24,000 bases of DNA from Methanomassiliicoccales archaeon (GTDB lineage: Archaea > Thermoplasmatota > Thermoplasmata > RBG-16-68-12 > SOIM01), in assembly GCA_004377185.1 (NCBI GenBank), contig SOIM01000020.1, positions 70,931 through 94,930 of the forward strand, given 5' to 3'. Each line of letters opens with the position of its first letter. Position 1 is the stretch's first letter. The translations under genes were made by a program, and so were the position numbers. Under the pieces are notes generated by a model, which saw only the letters and a list, made by a program, of their open reading frames with translations, searched no databases and had not been told where the DNA came from. Of this stretch, positions 23,520-24,000 are shown piece by piece.

Positions 23520-24000
23520 CTATCTGAAAAACCCGAACTTCTTCTTTTTCTTCTTTTTGACCTTCTTCACTGGGGCTTTCTTGGGAGTTTCTTCCTCCTC
23601 TTCGAATTCCTCCTCGGGAGGTTCCTCCGGAATCAATCCTGTCTCCTCCCAAGACTTATCCTCAGGAGGCTCTTCCGGGATCGACTCTCCAGCGTCAAAT
23701 AGGTTCTCGAAATCGTCTTGTATGGTCTTCTCAGCCTCCACAGGTGTTCTTGCCTCCTCGGGAGCCGCATCAAGCTTCTCGACCGACTCGGACAATTCCT
23801 TCATCCTTTTCTTTTCCTCAGCGACCTGGGCGGCGATCTTCTTGACCTCGCTTTCCCAAATGGTAAGATGATTCTCTTTCTTCCTTATCTCTTCCTCTCT
23901 TTGAGATAGCCTCTCCTGCAATTCGCGAAGCTCTTCCTCCCTTCCCTGCAGTTCGGTCTCGAACTGGGAGAGCTCGGCAAGTTTCTCCACGACTTCCTTC
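23520..24000 (-). CDS. Acidic coiled-coil protein with poly-Lys / FGFFR C-terminus (probably partial, frame open to window end)
   Basis: Heptad-like E/K/L-rich sequence (ELQGREEELRELQERLSQREEEIRKKE), an acidic PEEPPE repeat, and the tail KKVKKKKKKKFGFFR. The track's start is GTG 23990, but the frame continues (KEVV..) to base 24000. Confidence 0.5.
   Translation of the reverse strand, partial: KEVVEKLAELSQFETELQGREEELRELQERLSQREEEIRKKENHLTIWESEVKKIAAQVAEEKKRMKELSESVEKLDAAPEEARTPVEAEKTIQDDFENLFDAGESIPEEPPEDKSWEETGLIPEEPPEEEFEEEEETPKKAPVKKVKKKKKKKFGFFR

Noticed and set aside
23320-23652. 110-aa minus-strand ORF
   Set aside because: It covers the three-intron tRNA-Leu gene, and its Gly/Arg-rich translation has no coding signature. 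The tRNA explanation accounts for the sequence much better.

Overview
All calls below were made by eye from translations and motifs. No database search or computation was possible.

This window reads as an archaeal chromosome segment. The evidence is archaeal-type aminoacyl-tRNA synthetases, an L18e-L13-S9-RpoN block, TATA boxes about 27 nt upstream of the tRNA genes, and bulge-helix-bulge tRNA introns.

Ordinary content: LeuRS (partial, 1-870, minus strand, absent from the ORF track), a tandem ribbon-helix-helix (RHH) protein, a short degenerate FtsZ-like GTPase, YjbQ, MptA/FolE2, a TIGR04076-like protein, a TPR protein, PheRS-alpha, TrpRS, a SIS/PHI-like isomerase, a TIM-barrel protein, tRNA-Pro(GGG), a flavoprotein disulfide reductase, a KaiC-like ATPase with wHTH proteins, and a tRNA-Leu(UAA) interrupted by three introns.

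The stand-out is the region from about 7.8 to 12.6 kb, which holds a compact eukaryote-type ubiquitin cascade:
- a minimal 265-aa E1
- an 80-aa beta-grasp Ubl ending GG-H
- a UBC-fold E2 with YPYEKP / HPN / Cys / Trp / PNP motifs
- an Rpn11-like JAMM protease

No adjacent RING E3 is present. Instead, a QW-repeat alpha/alpha-toroid protein is wedged between E1 and Ubl. Two tandem Tubby/LURP-one-like paralogs sit directly upstream, one with a zinc ribbon and a P/Q-rich linker.

Immediately downstream lies a ~3.6 kb insertion that looks more AT-rich. It is bounded by 33-nt direct repeats (1 mismatch) and separates what must once have been overlapping 3' ends of the JAMM and PHI genes. It carries a DUF3800 gene, a 415-aa wHTH protein and an AbrB-like gene, but no recognisable integrase.
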